DNA of 64,000 bases, taken from Eledone cirrhosa. Lineage: Eukaryota. The notes beneath the pieces were generated by a model, which had not been told where the DNA came from, searched no databases, and worked only from the letters and a program-made list of their open reading frames with translations. This document shows, in pieces, positions 11,780-23,931 of this stretch. Location: assembly GCA_964016885.1 (NCBI GenBank), contig OZ024742.1, positions 200,632,001 to 200,696,000 of the forward strand. Direction: 5' to 3'. The first letter of the stretch is position 1, and every line of letters starts with the position of its first letter. Position numbers and translations under genes: made by a program.

Positions 11780-12080
11780 TATGGAAACTTTCCCCAAATC
11801 CTTGACTTGGCAATGTTAGTTGGGGCGCCACCAGTTGGAGACAAGCTCTACAGGCAGGGAGATACAAACAGCCGCAACTGCCTGAGCTGCTCGCAAGGCG
11901 AAGAAAACGTCTTGCATATTATCATTCTGTGTCCACGCATTGCAGATTTGTGGGCTTATGTCAAACATCAATTATAACATGTAGGACTGATGTAACTATT
12001 AATCGCATCTATAGTTAAAATTAGCACAGTAAGTCTTCCTCTATCTGATAGCTATAACGAAAGAAGCTGTGTTGTTTTCC
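11780..12080 (+). mobile_element. Old degenerate fragment related to the Tx1-like LINE C-terminus
   Basis: Similar to 10165-10490: ..TGGCAATGT..CCAGTT.GAGA.AAGCTCTACAG.CA.GG and GAAGAAA.CGTC..TTGTGGGC.TATGT. Confidence 0.75.
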
Positions 12081-12436
12081 GTCCTTCTCCTGACTTCAAC
12101 GCCGCTTGTCCTTGTGACTGATATCAGAAATCAATACTATTATTATATGTAGATTTGATAAAAGGAGACTTAACGGAATCATGAAGTAAACATTTTTCCG
12201 AAGATCTTCAGGAATTGCGAAGAATTTGTCAGGCATTGTTGAAACAGCTGAAGTACATGAATGAGACTGTTTTAGACACAGCGGGGTTATCTTTATGCAT
12301 TGTATGTGTGAATATTGTACAACGTGTGTACAGTGGGTGAGATACGTGTGTATATATATATTATATATATAAATGAAAGGTATAGAAAGTATTGTAGCAA
12401 GAAGCCAACAGTATTCCATAGTATATAGTATCTCAC

Positions 12437-12532
<96 letters not shown>

Positions 12533-12544
12533 ATATATATATAG

Positions 12545-12745
12545 TAGAATGATCGAGAATCGGAATATCGGCCCACGAAATCACGATAAACAATATCCGA
12601 CATGTGTGGCAGAGGGCTCAATAGTTTGGATAAACCAGAGCTATAACTATCGTTAAAATACCAACACACAGAGATCATGCCTAAAATCACCCGTGCAGCC
12701 GAAAAAGAACGACCAGGAAGATTCGGGTCACTCAAATAAAATATC
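12545..12745. mobile_element. (TA)n-adjacent non-coding element, about 200 bp (copies at 20850-21045 and, more distantly, 57135-57225)
   Basis: ATCGAGAATCGGAAT.TCGGCCCACG...GGGCTCAATAGTTTGGATAAACCAGA...ATTCGGGTCA is shared with 20859-21040. Confidence 0.8.
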
Positions 12746-12819
12746 AATAAATTAATAAATTAAAATATACACACATGCACACGTACACACATACACTCAC
12801 ACACACAGACACACTCACG

Positions 12820-12884
<65 letters not shown>

Positions 12885-12887
12885 GTA

Positions 12888-12950
<63 letters not shown>

Positions 12951-13030
12951 CCGTGTGCGTGAGTGTGTCTGTGTGTGTGAGTGTATGTGTGTACGCGTGC
13001 ATGTGTGTATATTTTAATTTATTAATTTAT

Positions 13031-13036
<6 letters not shown>
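12741..13036. repeat. Inverted repeat with arms of about 110-130 bp around a (TA)n core
   Basis: ATATCAATAAATTAATAAATTAAAATATACACACATGCAC... is mirrored by ...GTGCATGTGTGTATATTTTAATTTATTAATTTATTGATAT. Confidence 0.9.
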
Positions 13037-13084
<48 letters not shown>

Positions 13085-13088
<4 letters not shown>

Positions 13089-13162
13089 CGAAGGAAATGT
13101 GGTAAGGAACCAGGTGGACCATAACGCACCAAAGTACTCAATACTTAGGGTAGTAGAGTGGG

Positions 13163-13165
<3 letters not shown>
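13085..13165 (-). mobile_element. Tail fragment of HHR mini-element family B (see 29649 and 43018)
   Basis: Identical to 43018-43098; (TA)n on both sides. Confidence 0.85.
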
Positions 13166-13192
<27 letters not shown>

Positions 13193-13200
<8 letters not shown>

Positions 13201-14458
13201 AAGTTTGTCCTCATCAGTGGCCTTCCAACCGTCGTAGGCATTTCGTCGCATTAAAAGCCATATACCTCAGGTTGGTGCGAGCAACGGCTAAAAAAAGTCG
13301 TTGGGACACGTAAATAAGGGGGGACGCTAGGGTAAACAAACAAAATGGTTTAAGCAACAGAAAGTGATGAAGAAGAAGAAAGAAACAAGTCCCAGATTTC
13401 TATGAATATAAGTTCGGTGGAATCGTGAACGAGAGAATAAAGACCATCAAACCTGGTTGAAATGTGAGCAAGGAAGGAATTTCGCACAGGTCTAACGGGA
13501 GGAAGAAGGGGTCTGGTCTGCGAATTCGGTAAACATAAGTTCTGTGAAGTCGCAGACGAGAGAGAGAGAGAAAAAAAATTCATACCGGCTTGGCCAAGTG
13601 CCCGCGAGAAAAGGATTACGGACAGGTCAAACGGGAAGAAAGGGGAGGAGGAGAGGTAGTGACAGAGAGCGAGTGAGTGAAAGGTGAAGAAGAGGCTAAC
13701 AGAGAGAGAGAGAGACTGCTAGAAAGGGTAAAGACACAAAGAACGAAACAGACTGGTGGCAGCGGAGGAAAAAATATATGTGTAAATATGATAATAATGG
13801 AGCTGCGGCGCTGCAAATGAGTTACATATGAAAAAGTTTGTCCTCATCAGTGGCCTTCCAACCGTCGTAGGCATTTCGTCGCATTAAAGGCCATATACCT
13901 CAGGTTGGTGCGAGCAACGGCTAAAAAAAGTCGTTGGGACACGTAAATAAGGGGGACGCTAGGGCAAACAAACAAAATGGTTTAAGCAACAGAAAGTGAT
14001 GAAGAAGAAGAAAGAAATAAGTCCCAGATTTTTTTTTCTCTCTCTCTCGTCTGCGACTTCACAGAACTTATGTTTACCGAATTCGCAGACCAGACCCCTT
14101 CTTCCTCCGTTAGACCTGTGCGAAATTCCTTCCTTGCTCACATTTCAACCAGGTTTGATGGTCTTTATTCTCTCGTTCACGATTCCACCGAACTTATATT
14201 CATAGAAATCTGGGACTTGTTTCTTTCTTCTTCTTCATCACTTTCTGTTGCTTAAACCATTTTGTTTGTTTACCCTAGCGTCCCCCTTATTTACGTGTCC
14301 CAACGACTTTTTTTAGCCGTTGCTCGCACCAACCTGAGGTATATGGCCTTTAATGCGACGAAATGCCTACGACGGTTGGAAGGCCACTGATGAGGACAAA
14401 CTTTTTCATATGTAACTCATTTGCAGCGCCGCAGCTCCATTATTATCATATTTACATA
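13193..14458. mobile_element. Non-coding element: 1.3 tandem copies of a 633-bp unit plus an inverted copy spanning the unit junction, flanked by (TA)n
   Basis: GAAAAAGTTTGTCCTCATCAG occurs at 13197 and 13830. 14027-14458 is the reverse complement of sequence running through the unit junction. Confidence 0.88.
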
Positions 14459-14747
14459 TATATATATATATATATATATGCGTGTGTGAGTATTCAACAA
14501 ACGAATTGTTTACGTTATGGAAGAAGAGACAGCACCAAATTTGGCAGCACCATTATATTGACGGAGAGAGAAAAGGGTGGGAATGAAACAGATAGAAAAA
14601 GAGGGAGTGAAGGGGGAAAAAAGAGTTGAGGGAAGAGTAGAGTGAAGAAGCAGGTAGTAAAGTGTACATTGCTTTGGAACCCTATCTTTAATTGAATTCA
14701 GTCTGTCACGGTAATTAGGAACTGCTAACTTTGAAACGGTGACGTAG

Positions 14748-14822
14748 CTAAAGCAGCAGCAGCGGCAGCAACAGCAGCAGCAATAACAACAGCAGCGGCA
14801 ACAGTAACAGCAGCAATAATAA
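14748..14822. repeat. (CAG/CAA)n degenerate tract
   Basis: Direct inspection. Confidence 0.85.
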
Positions 14823-16483
14823 TTGTTTCTACTTTTGGCACAAGGCCAGCAACTATTCCAGTGCATTACTGGTACTTTATTTTATCAACCCCGTGAGGAT
14901 GAAAGGCAAAGTTAACCTCGGCGGGATTTGAACTCAGCCCATAAAGGGCCGTCAGTCTGTACTGCAAAGCATGGCGTCTGACCCTCTACCGATACTGCCA
15001 AGGCCATCAATTTTGGAGAAGGGGAAAATCGATTAAATCGACACCAGTGCGTTACTGGTGCTTCATTTTATCGACCCTGTAAGGATGAAAGGCAAAGTTA
15101 ACCTCGGCGGGATTTGAACTCAGACCATAAAAGGTCGTAACTCTATACTGCAAAGCATGGCACCCGACCCTCTACTGATACTGCCAATCCACCGCCCTGA
15201 TAATTGTTGCTACTTTTGGCACAAGTCCATCAATTTGAAGTAAAGGGTAAAGTCGATTGTATCGACCCCAGTACATTACTGGAAATTCAATTTTTGACCA
15301 CCTAAGGATTTCAACTCAGAACGTAAAGGGACGTAATTATTTGCCGAAAATCATTTTGTTCGAGGTTCTACCGATCCTGCTAATCCAGCACCAATAATAT
15401 TGGTTCTACCGATCCTGCTAATCCAGCACCAATAATATTGGTTTCTAATTTAGACAGGAGGCCAATAATTTTGTGGGAATGAGGAAAGTTAATTATATCG
15501 ACCACAGTATTTGACTGGTAATTTCTTTTTTTATCGTCATCAGAACGCTCTACTGATACTGCCAAAAATAATTGTTTCTACTTTTGGCACACGGCCATCA
15601 ATTATCCCAGTGTATTACTGGTATTTTATTTTATCGACCTCGTGAGGATGAAAGGCAAAGTTATCCTCGGCGAGATTGGAACTCAGACCATAAAGGGCCG
15701 TAACTCTTTGCTAGAAAGCATGGTGCCCGACCCTCTACCGATACTGCCAATCCACCAATGGGTTTCTGATTTAGGCATTGGGAAAGGAGAATGTCGATTA
15801 AATCAATCTCTATGCATTACTGGTTCTTTATTTTATCGACCCCGTATGGATGAAAGGCAAAGCTGACCTCGGCGGGATTTGAACTCGGAACGTAAAGGGC
15901 AGTAACTCTGCGCCACGAAGCATGGTATCCTATGTTCTACCGATACTGTCAATCCTATAATAATTGTTTCTACTTTTGGCACAAGGCCAGCAATTACCCA
16001 GTACATTACTGGTACTTTATTTTATCGACCCCATAAAGTTAAAAGGCAAAGCTAACGCTGGCCGGATTTGAACTCAGAACGTAAAGGGCCGTAACTCTAT
16101 GCCGCAAAGCATGGCGTTCGACGCTCTACCGATACTGCCAATCCACCACCAATCCTATAATAATAATAATGGTTTCTTATTTAGGCACAAGGCCAGCAAT
16201 TTTGGGGAAGGGGAAAGTCGATTAAATCGACCCCAGTCCGTGACTGGTACTTTATTTTATCGACCCCGTAAGGATGAAAGGCAAAGTTAACCTCGGCGGG
16301 ATTTGAACTCAGATCGTAAAGGGCCGTAACTCTATGCTGCAAAGCATGGCGTCCGACGCTCTACCGATACTGCCAATCCACCACCAATCCTATAATAATA
16401 ATAATAACAATAGTTTCGATTTAGGCACAAGGTCAGCAATATTTTAGGGGAGGGAAACGTCGATTAAATCAACACTAGTGTGT
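14818..16483 (-). mobile_element. Head-to-tail array of about 8-9 family A SINE copies
   Basis: CACAAGGCCAGCAAT..ACTGGTACTTTATTTTATCGACCCC..GGATGAAAGGCAAAG..GGATTTGAACTC..CTACCGATACTGCCAATCC recurs about every 190-220 bp. Confidence 0.92.
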
Positions 16484-16492
16484 TACTAATTA

Positions 16493-16755
16493 TAATGGTG
16501 ATGATGGTAGTGATGGTGATGATGATGATGATGATGATGATGAAAATAATGGGAATGATGATGGTGATGATGATGGTGATGATAATGATAATGATGATGA
16601 TGATGATGCGAATGATGATGATGATGATGATGATAATGATGGGAATGGTGATGATGAGGATGATGATGGTGATGATGGTGACGATGATGACAATGATGAT
16701 GATGATAATGATGATGATGATGGTGATGATGAAGATGATGATGATGATGATGATG
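16493..16755. repeat. (ATG)n-rich tract
   Basis: Direct inspection. Confidence 0.95.
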
Positions 16756-17038
16756 TAGACAAAACGTCTCTTCATCTCTTATATTCAAGGAATGTACGAC
16801 ACGACAGACAGAAGAGTGCTTAAAAAAGATCACAATGTCTTCTTAGTTTAACATATTACATTTCAGACATCCTGTGTCAGCGCAGATTATATAGAATTTG
16901 ACATTTATCGACCTCTCTCTCATATCGTCATTGGAACCCAAGAATTGAAGTTCTTTAAATAAAGATTTCTACACAGACTTAGTTGATTTAAGAAGCATTG
17001 GGAAATTTAAGATTTGAAAATACAGTCGCCACAACATA

Positions 17039-17399
17039 CTCCCGGGTCCCATATCATAGGGTGGGGGCCAGAATAAGCATGGGAGTTGAAATAAGGGGGG
17101 AATCGGTAATTTTTCTAGGTTGTCTCTGTTGACTTTAAAAAAAAACAGAATTAGTCGTTTAGTTTACATATTGAGACCCCAACCCATCCTATTTATTTTA
17201 TAACTTACGAAATTTCTTGATTTCTTGTATAATGTTTTTTAATGTATAATGTTTTTTAATGTATAAAGAATGCTACGACTTAAAATAAAATTTCACCTAA
17301 GATATTTGACAAGCAAGGAGGTGGGGGTTGTGTTTCGAAAAAAAATGAAAAATTAATAAGCCGGCGGGGCTGGGTGGGGTATTATTCGAGACCCGAGAG
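17039..17399. mobile_element. Tc1/mariner/pogo-type MITE with TA TSD; a related left end lies at ~60218-60350
   Basis: TA|CTCCCGGGTC ... GACCCGAGAG|TA terminal inverted repeats. Confidence 0.6.
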
Positions 17400-17429
17400 T
17401 AGGTAACCGGAGAAATGTAAATAACCATA

Positions 17430-17620
17430 AATAATTGTTTCTATTTTTGGCTCAAGACCAGCAATTATCCCATTATATTACTGGTGCTTCAGTTTATCGA
17501 CTCCGTAAGGATGAAAGGCAAAGTTAACCTCGGCGGGATTTGAACTCTGAACGTAAAGGGCCATAACACTATGCTGCAAATCATGGTGTCTGACGCTCTA
17601 CCGATACTGCCAATCCACGG
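17430..17620 (-). mobile_element. SINE family A
   Basis: Full head, core and tail match. Confidence 0.88.
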
Positions 17621-18035
17621 CTGAATAACTCGAATAGAGTTCCCTTGGAAACGGAAAAAAGGGTGATAGAAAACCACGCATTCCCAGCAGACATTCCTGT
17701 CCCCCACTTTAGGTGTACTTCACACATTTTATTCGACCAACCATAACTTAAGCTTGTCAACTATTATTGTAGTTATTTGCATTACAGCGACTGTATTTTC
17801 AAACATTTTCTATATTTGTATGTTTAAGGGATGTGAGGAATGTTTTTATAGGGGTTTTAAGGCAAAAACTGATCCAATTCTTCTTTTGCAATATATCTAT
17901 CTATGGGTGCGGCGGATAAAGATAGTCTGAATATTTGTGACTGACATGCATGTGTATGTATGTATGTATGTATGTATGTATGTATGTATGTATGTATGTA
18001 TGTATGTATGGATGGATGGATGTATGTTTGTATTA

Positions 18036-18096
<61 letters not shown>

Positions 18097-18383
18097 TAAT
18101 GATTTAGTTCAAAACCTGCATGTATGTTTGCATGTATTTATGTGTGTATCTATGTATATATGAGTGTGTATATGTATGTATGTAAGTATGTATGTATATA
18201 TGTATCTATGTATGTGTGTATATGTGTGTGTATGTATATATGTGTATATGTATGGATGTGTGCATGTATGTATGTTTGTATGGCTGTATATATATATATA
18301 TATATATATGATGGTAATGATTTTAGTTCAAAACCTTAGAAACAGATTCCACACATCCGTAGACAAACTACAAACTATATAAA

Positions 18384-18429
<46 letters not shown>

Positions 18430-18981
18430 AGAGTTATGTATGTATGCACATACATTTCATTAAATAACTAGCGGAGTCTGAGAAAATTACTGGAGGCTTG
18501 TGTCAGTAAAATATTCTTTAGTACTGTCAGAAACATAAATATTTCTCTCTTTTCCTCTACAGACTTTACTCAAACCATTAAGGCTCTTGTAACTTCGCTC
18601 ACCTCACAACAGTATATGGACTCTCCCAAATCTGAGTACTTTACGTTATGTTTTTCTTTATTAGCTTCGTTAAGATATCACCAAAATGGTCTTTTACTTA
18701 CTGTTTCGTCAGGATAATAATAATTGTGCTTTACACTTTATTTATTACAAATGTAATTAGGTGGAGTCGAATGAACGTCGGATAAAATGATTTGTGGTAT
18801 ATGTTCCGGCCCTCTACACTCTGTCTGAGTTCACATGAACAATCCGAAGTTGTTCTTTTACAGTTATATCTGTTTACATACCACGAATCGCTACCTCTCC
18901 TTCTCCCTCTTTCTTTTTCTCCAGCCACCCTATCTTTCATTCACATTGTCTCTCTCTCTCTTTCTATCTCTCTCACCCCTC

Positions 18982-19072
<91 letters not shown>

Positions 19073-19093
19073 TATTTCGCTTTCCTCTATTTA

Positions 19094-19690
19094 TAATAAT
19101 AATAATGAAATTATTGTGTACAGAGCTCAGGTGCACTACAACTCATCAAAGGTGCATGTATAGTACATAGAATGATGTACAAATGTCAGGAAAGGGGACA
19201 GTGTATGAGTCATGAAATACATGCGTGCGTGTGTATGGAGGAGGAATAGTAGGTATAGTGTTGGCGAATCTCAGGAAGCATGGAGGTTTTAAAAGATGCA
19301 GTGTCTCAACAGCTAACAACTGATGCGGGGAGTTTGTTCCATGCTTCAGCAACTCTGAGCGTGAAAAAATGTTTCCGAAAGTCATGGGAGCTGTGCTGTT
19401 TTCTGACTTTATAGGCATGATCATGTGTGTTAGACACAGGAAATTCAAAAAGTTGTTCAGGGTTGTTGTTAGCAATAATATTGAGGGTGGTTACGAAGTC
19501 AGTTGCCAGACGTTGGAGCTTCAATGTATCCATGCCCAGGGAAACAAAGTGTTCAGAGTATGGTAGATACCTGATGGAGGGTATTCGCTTGGGTGTACGT
19601 CTCTGAAAAGTTTCCAGGAGCTCAATATTCGGAGCAAGATAGGGGTACCAGACTGATGAAGCAAATACTTTGGAAAACATCGGCTGCATT
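19094..19690 (-). mobile_element. CR1/Jockey-group LINE 3' fragment
   Basis: SSVWYPY..IELLETFQRR.PKRIP..LPY, HAYKVRK..FRKHFFTLRVAEAWNKLPASVV, and an (ATT)n tail. Shares its 3' UTR with 59542-59895. Confidence 0.88.
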
Positions 19691-20143
19691 CGGACCTAAA
19701 GTGTGATGAGATCAGCCATATTGAAAATTGTACAAGATGGCGCCCCTACGACTCTATCATCTGTTGCTGGATCATGGATGGCTGGAAGACGTAATTTGTG
19801 AGGTATTTCATTACTATGTCTAGTATATCGACAGACCACGCAGACGCCGTTTGGTTAACTTGAGATGTTTCTGCTGTTACTCAACGTCACGTTCACTTGT
19901 TTAGTTTTTCTGTTTATAGTTTTCATTTCATAGAGAGCGATAATATAACCGCTTCCGGACGTTGTTTACACTGCAAAAGTATAACAGGAAGTAAGCAAAC
20001 GGAAGTTTTCTAGCGATTGCAAATTTCAGACAGGAACGAGATTTAAATATTTTGGTGGTAGTAGTAGTCGTAGCCTGTATCGACGACGACGACACCGCCG
20101 CCGTCATCCTAGTAATAGTAGTAATCGTAGTAGTAGTAGTAGA

Positions 20144-20174
<31 letters not shown>

Positions 20175-20369
20175 GTAGTAGCAGCAGTAGTAGTAATAGT
20201 TGTTTTTGTTGCTGTTTATCATACGGACCTATGGGCGGAGTAGGCAGTAACACATTATACAACGCATCCAGTTCTAATATTGTAGGGTTTGATTTAAAAG
20301 AAAATTGGTTACTTTGTCTAGGAGAGTAAAAGTACATATACAGAGACTTTCCTATTCATTCGTTATATA

Positions 20370-20816
20370 TATATATATATATATATAATATATTCCATAA
20401 AAAATGTCAAAACAACAGATGGGAATCTAATTACTCACTGCCACCAAGAATTCTCACTGCTATCGAAAAACCACTCCTTCAACTATTCTTCTAACAACTT
20501 CACCCCTCCCTCCTAATATTCTCTATAAAAACTAAATAGGTCCTCAGTAATATTATTCTGATGAAATGACAGTAAATAATAACATTGAAATATTGAATGT
20601 CTGCATAACTAAAAGTTTGTAGATAGCTGTTTTAGGTTATGTAACTGTTATAGAAACACGTGTCAATAAATTCCTTTCAACTAAACTGTATCCATTCAAA
20701 TCTTTCTATTTTTCTCCGGATTACTTTTGGAACTACAACTGGAACCGTCGAGCAAACTCTACGTGAGCTGATAATCTACTGTGTGTAATATTTATATTAC
20801 AACACAACGGAAAATA

Positions 20817-20820
<4 letters not shown>
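20370..20820 (+). mobile_element. (TA)n-flanked mini-element with a minimal HHR-like motif at 20555-20598
   Basis: CTGATGA-AATG..CATT-GAAA-TATT-GAAT. Stem I is off register by one base. Confidence 0.6.
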
Positions 20821-20847
<27 letters not shown>

Positions 20848-21039
20848 CAAATAAATTATCGAGAATCGGAATTTCGGCCCACGTAATAACGAAACACAAT
20901 CTTCGAAATGTGTGGCAAAGGGCTCAATAGTTTGGATAAACCAGAACTATAACTATCGTTTAAATACCAACACACGGAGACAATGCTTAAAATCACTCGC
21001 ACAGCCGAAAAAAACGACCAGGAAAATTCGGGTCAGACA

Positions 21040-21100
<61 letters not shown>

Positions 21101-21141
21101 CGAAACATAAGTCAATTGCATGAACTCATAATCGTTTATTT

Positions 21142-21199
21142 ACTGCTATATATATATTTCGATGATAGCCATTGAATGGCTATGACCTCATCAGGCAGT
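21142..21199 (-). ncRNA. Type I hammerhead ribozyme in a ~170-bp island (21097-21268) between (TA)n tracts
   Basis: Minus strand reads ACTGC-CTGATGA-GGTCATAGCCA ttcaa TGGCTATCATC-GAAA-TATATATA-TA-GCAGT, followed by AATAAA. Confidence 0.88.
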
Positions 21200-21264
21200 T
21201 AGTCAGTTCTTAGATATGCCAGCTCTGTGTTTATAGTGTTGATGGTATCAGAGCCTTGGGACAT

Positions 21265-21348
<84 letters not shown>

Positions 21349-21847
21349 TATATATATGTTTATACATATATATCACCTTGATCACCCTGACCGACCAGCC
21401 GGTCGGACGCCATTCGGCGCCGCTGGTCACAGCACGTGCTGTTTTAGCCATACGATGACGCCATCCCATTTATAGGAGTTTTAATGCAAAAGGAGCCAAT
21501 TCTTGTTTTGCAACATATCTATTATATGAGTGCGGCGGATTAAGATGGTCTAAATATATAAATATATTTTTTATCCCGCTTGTAAAATAAGTTTATATTT
21601 CCATCGCTAATTTTCTCCTAATGCAGTTTATATATAATATCATCTTTTTTAAATGTATCAAGGATTACTTTACTGATTACAGAAGAGAGTGTAACACAGT
21701 CTCTCTTCAATTTCTGTGCATATTCGCAATTACGATTTTATTTGACGTATCATATCTAAATGCATATATATTTGCATATAATATCAATATGCACACTACA
21801 CATGCTAGCAGAAAACCACCCAAAGATGGTTTTTCTGCTAGTATATA

Positions 21848-22037
21848 TAATTGTTTCTACGTTAGGCACAAGGCCAGCAAATTACCCAGTGCATTACTGG
21901 TACTTTATTTTATCGACCCCGTAAGGATGAAAGGCAAAGTCAACCTCGGCGGGATTTGAACTCAGACCGTAAAGGGACGTAACTATGCGTCAAAGCATGG
22001 CGTCCGACCCTCTACCGATACTGCCAATCCACCGCCC
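21848..22037 (-). mobile_element. SINE family A
   Basis: Full-length match. Confidence 0.9.
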
Positions 22038-22051
22038 TAGTATATATAATA

Positions 22052-22319
22052 TATAAGGGAACGAATAATCAGTGTTGCATCATATACTTACTTAATTACA
22101 CATTACATATGTTTCACTGTCGATCAGCACGAGGAACGATCGATTAATGATCGAACCTGACTCTAGAATCGAAAGCATTTCTCCTCAGGTATGTGTTAAC
22201 TCGCATCTAAGAGTCAGGTTCGATCATTAATCAATCGTCCCTCGAGCTGCTCGACAGTGAAACATGTAATATATGATTAAATATGTATATGACGTAACAC
22301 TGATTCTTTGTTACCTTAT
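22052..22319. mobile_element. Fold-back or MITE-like element with imperfect arms of about 110 bp
   Basis: GATTAATGATCGAACCTGACTCT pairs with AGAGTCAGGTTCGATCATTAATC, and pairing continues out to the ends. Confidence 0.75.
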
Positions 22320-22321
22320 GC

Positions 22322-22507
22322 AGTGGATTGGCAGTATCGGTAGAGGGTCGGACGCCATGCGTTAACGCATAGAGTTACGGCCCTTGCCATTCTGAGTTCA
22401 AATCCCGCCGAGGTTAACTTTGCCTTTTATCCTTACGGGGTCGATAAAATAAAGTACTAGTAATGCACTGGGTATTTGCTGGCCTTGTGCCAAAAGTAGA
22501 AACAATT
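22322..22507 (+). mobile_element. SINE family A
   Basis: Full-length match. Confidence 0.9.
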
Positions 22508-22942
22508 GTTGTTACTCTGCTCCATACGAGCATCGGGTGCTCATATCGGCATACCGCCTACGGACGAACTTAATTTCCAACCTTCTCTCTCTCCGAACTT
22601 GGCTCTTCTCTGAAGGAGGACTTATGTCCGATAAGTAGAGACGTTTATTTACTCCTTGTTTCATTTTTCTTTATCTTCATTCCCAAGCGTGACCCTAATT
22701 GTAACAATTGTAACGATTGCTATAAACAATAACTTAGAAAATTGTGTAAATACACCTACAGACAAGAAAAAGTGACCAGTGACCACTACTGGCTTCTTCC
22801 GTCTCTGGGGTATTTTGTCTGACATTTAATGGTATTGTTTTTAGTGATAAACTGTTTTACAGTTGGGAATTCTACATTTTCAAATCTCAAATCACCCAGT
22901 CTTTCATAAATTCACACTCTGCTCGATTCTTTCATTCTTACC

Positions 22943-23010
<68 letters not shown>

Positions 23011-23448
23011 ATGGGTCAATCGAGTGTTAAGTGACCATGGCCTGGACGTTTTTTTTTTTTTCTACGTTTTTCAATTCAACATATTACAGTTCCCATAGTT
23101 TTAACGACTGAACTATCTACACTAACATCAGCACCGCCACCACTACTAGCACCAGCACCAGTACCACTCTCACGACCACCAACAACTACAGCACCATCAT
23201 TAACTACAACCAGTACTAACACAGACACCACCACGACAACTATCAACACATCGACCACCCCCACTAGCCACCCCCACCCCCACTACCACCACCACACCTC
23301 CACCACCATCACACCTACTACCAGTATCCTAACCACTACACACCATCTGTTGTTTCTATAACCATGTCATGTGTTAACAAAAAATTCTATTTGCCAATCT
23401 CAGTTTTTTTTAGCTGAACATGTCTGCCACCTCTCTCTCTCACGCACG

Positions 23449-23501
<53 letters not shown>

Positions 23502-23736
23502 ACACATACACACACACATGTCTACCCCCACCCCAGCCCCCCCACAGCTATACATACATGCAAAGGGAAATGTGTTCAGAAGAAGTACTACCATACTTAT
23601 CTAAAAGTGTGCTTATATACATGTGGGTATATATATATATAAGTATATGTGTGTATATATATATGTATATATATATATATGTATATATATGTGTATAGAT
23701 ATATATATGTGTGTGTGTATATATATATATATGTGT

Positions 23737-23791
<55 letters not shown>

Positions 23792-23862
23792 ATTATTAAG
23801 GCCAGTTGCTACAAGAATAAATGGCAGCAATTCTTAACATAGTGATGTGAATACATCTATAG

Positions 23863-23931
<69 letters not shown>

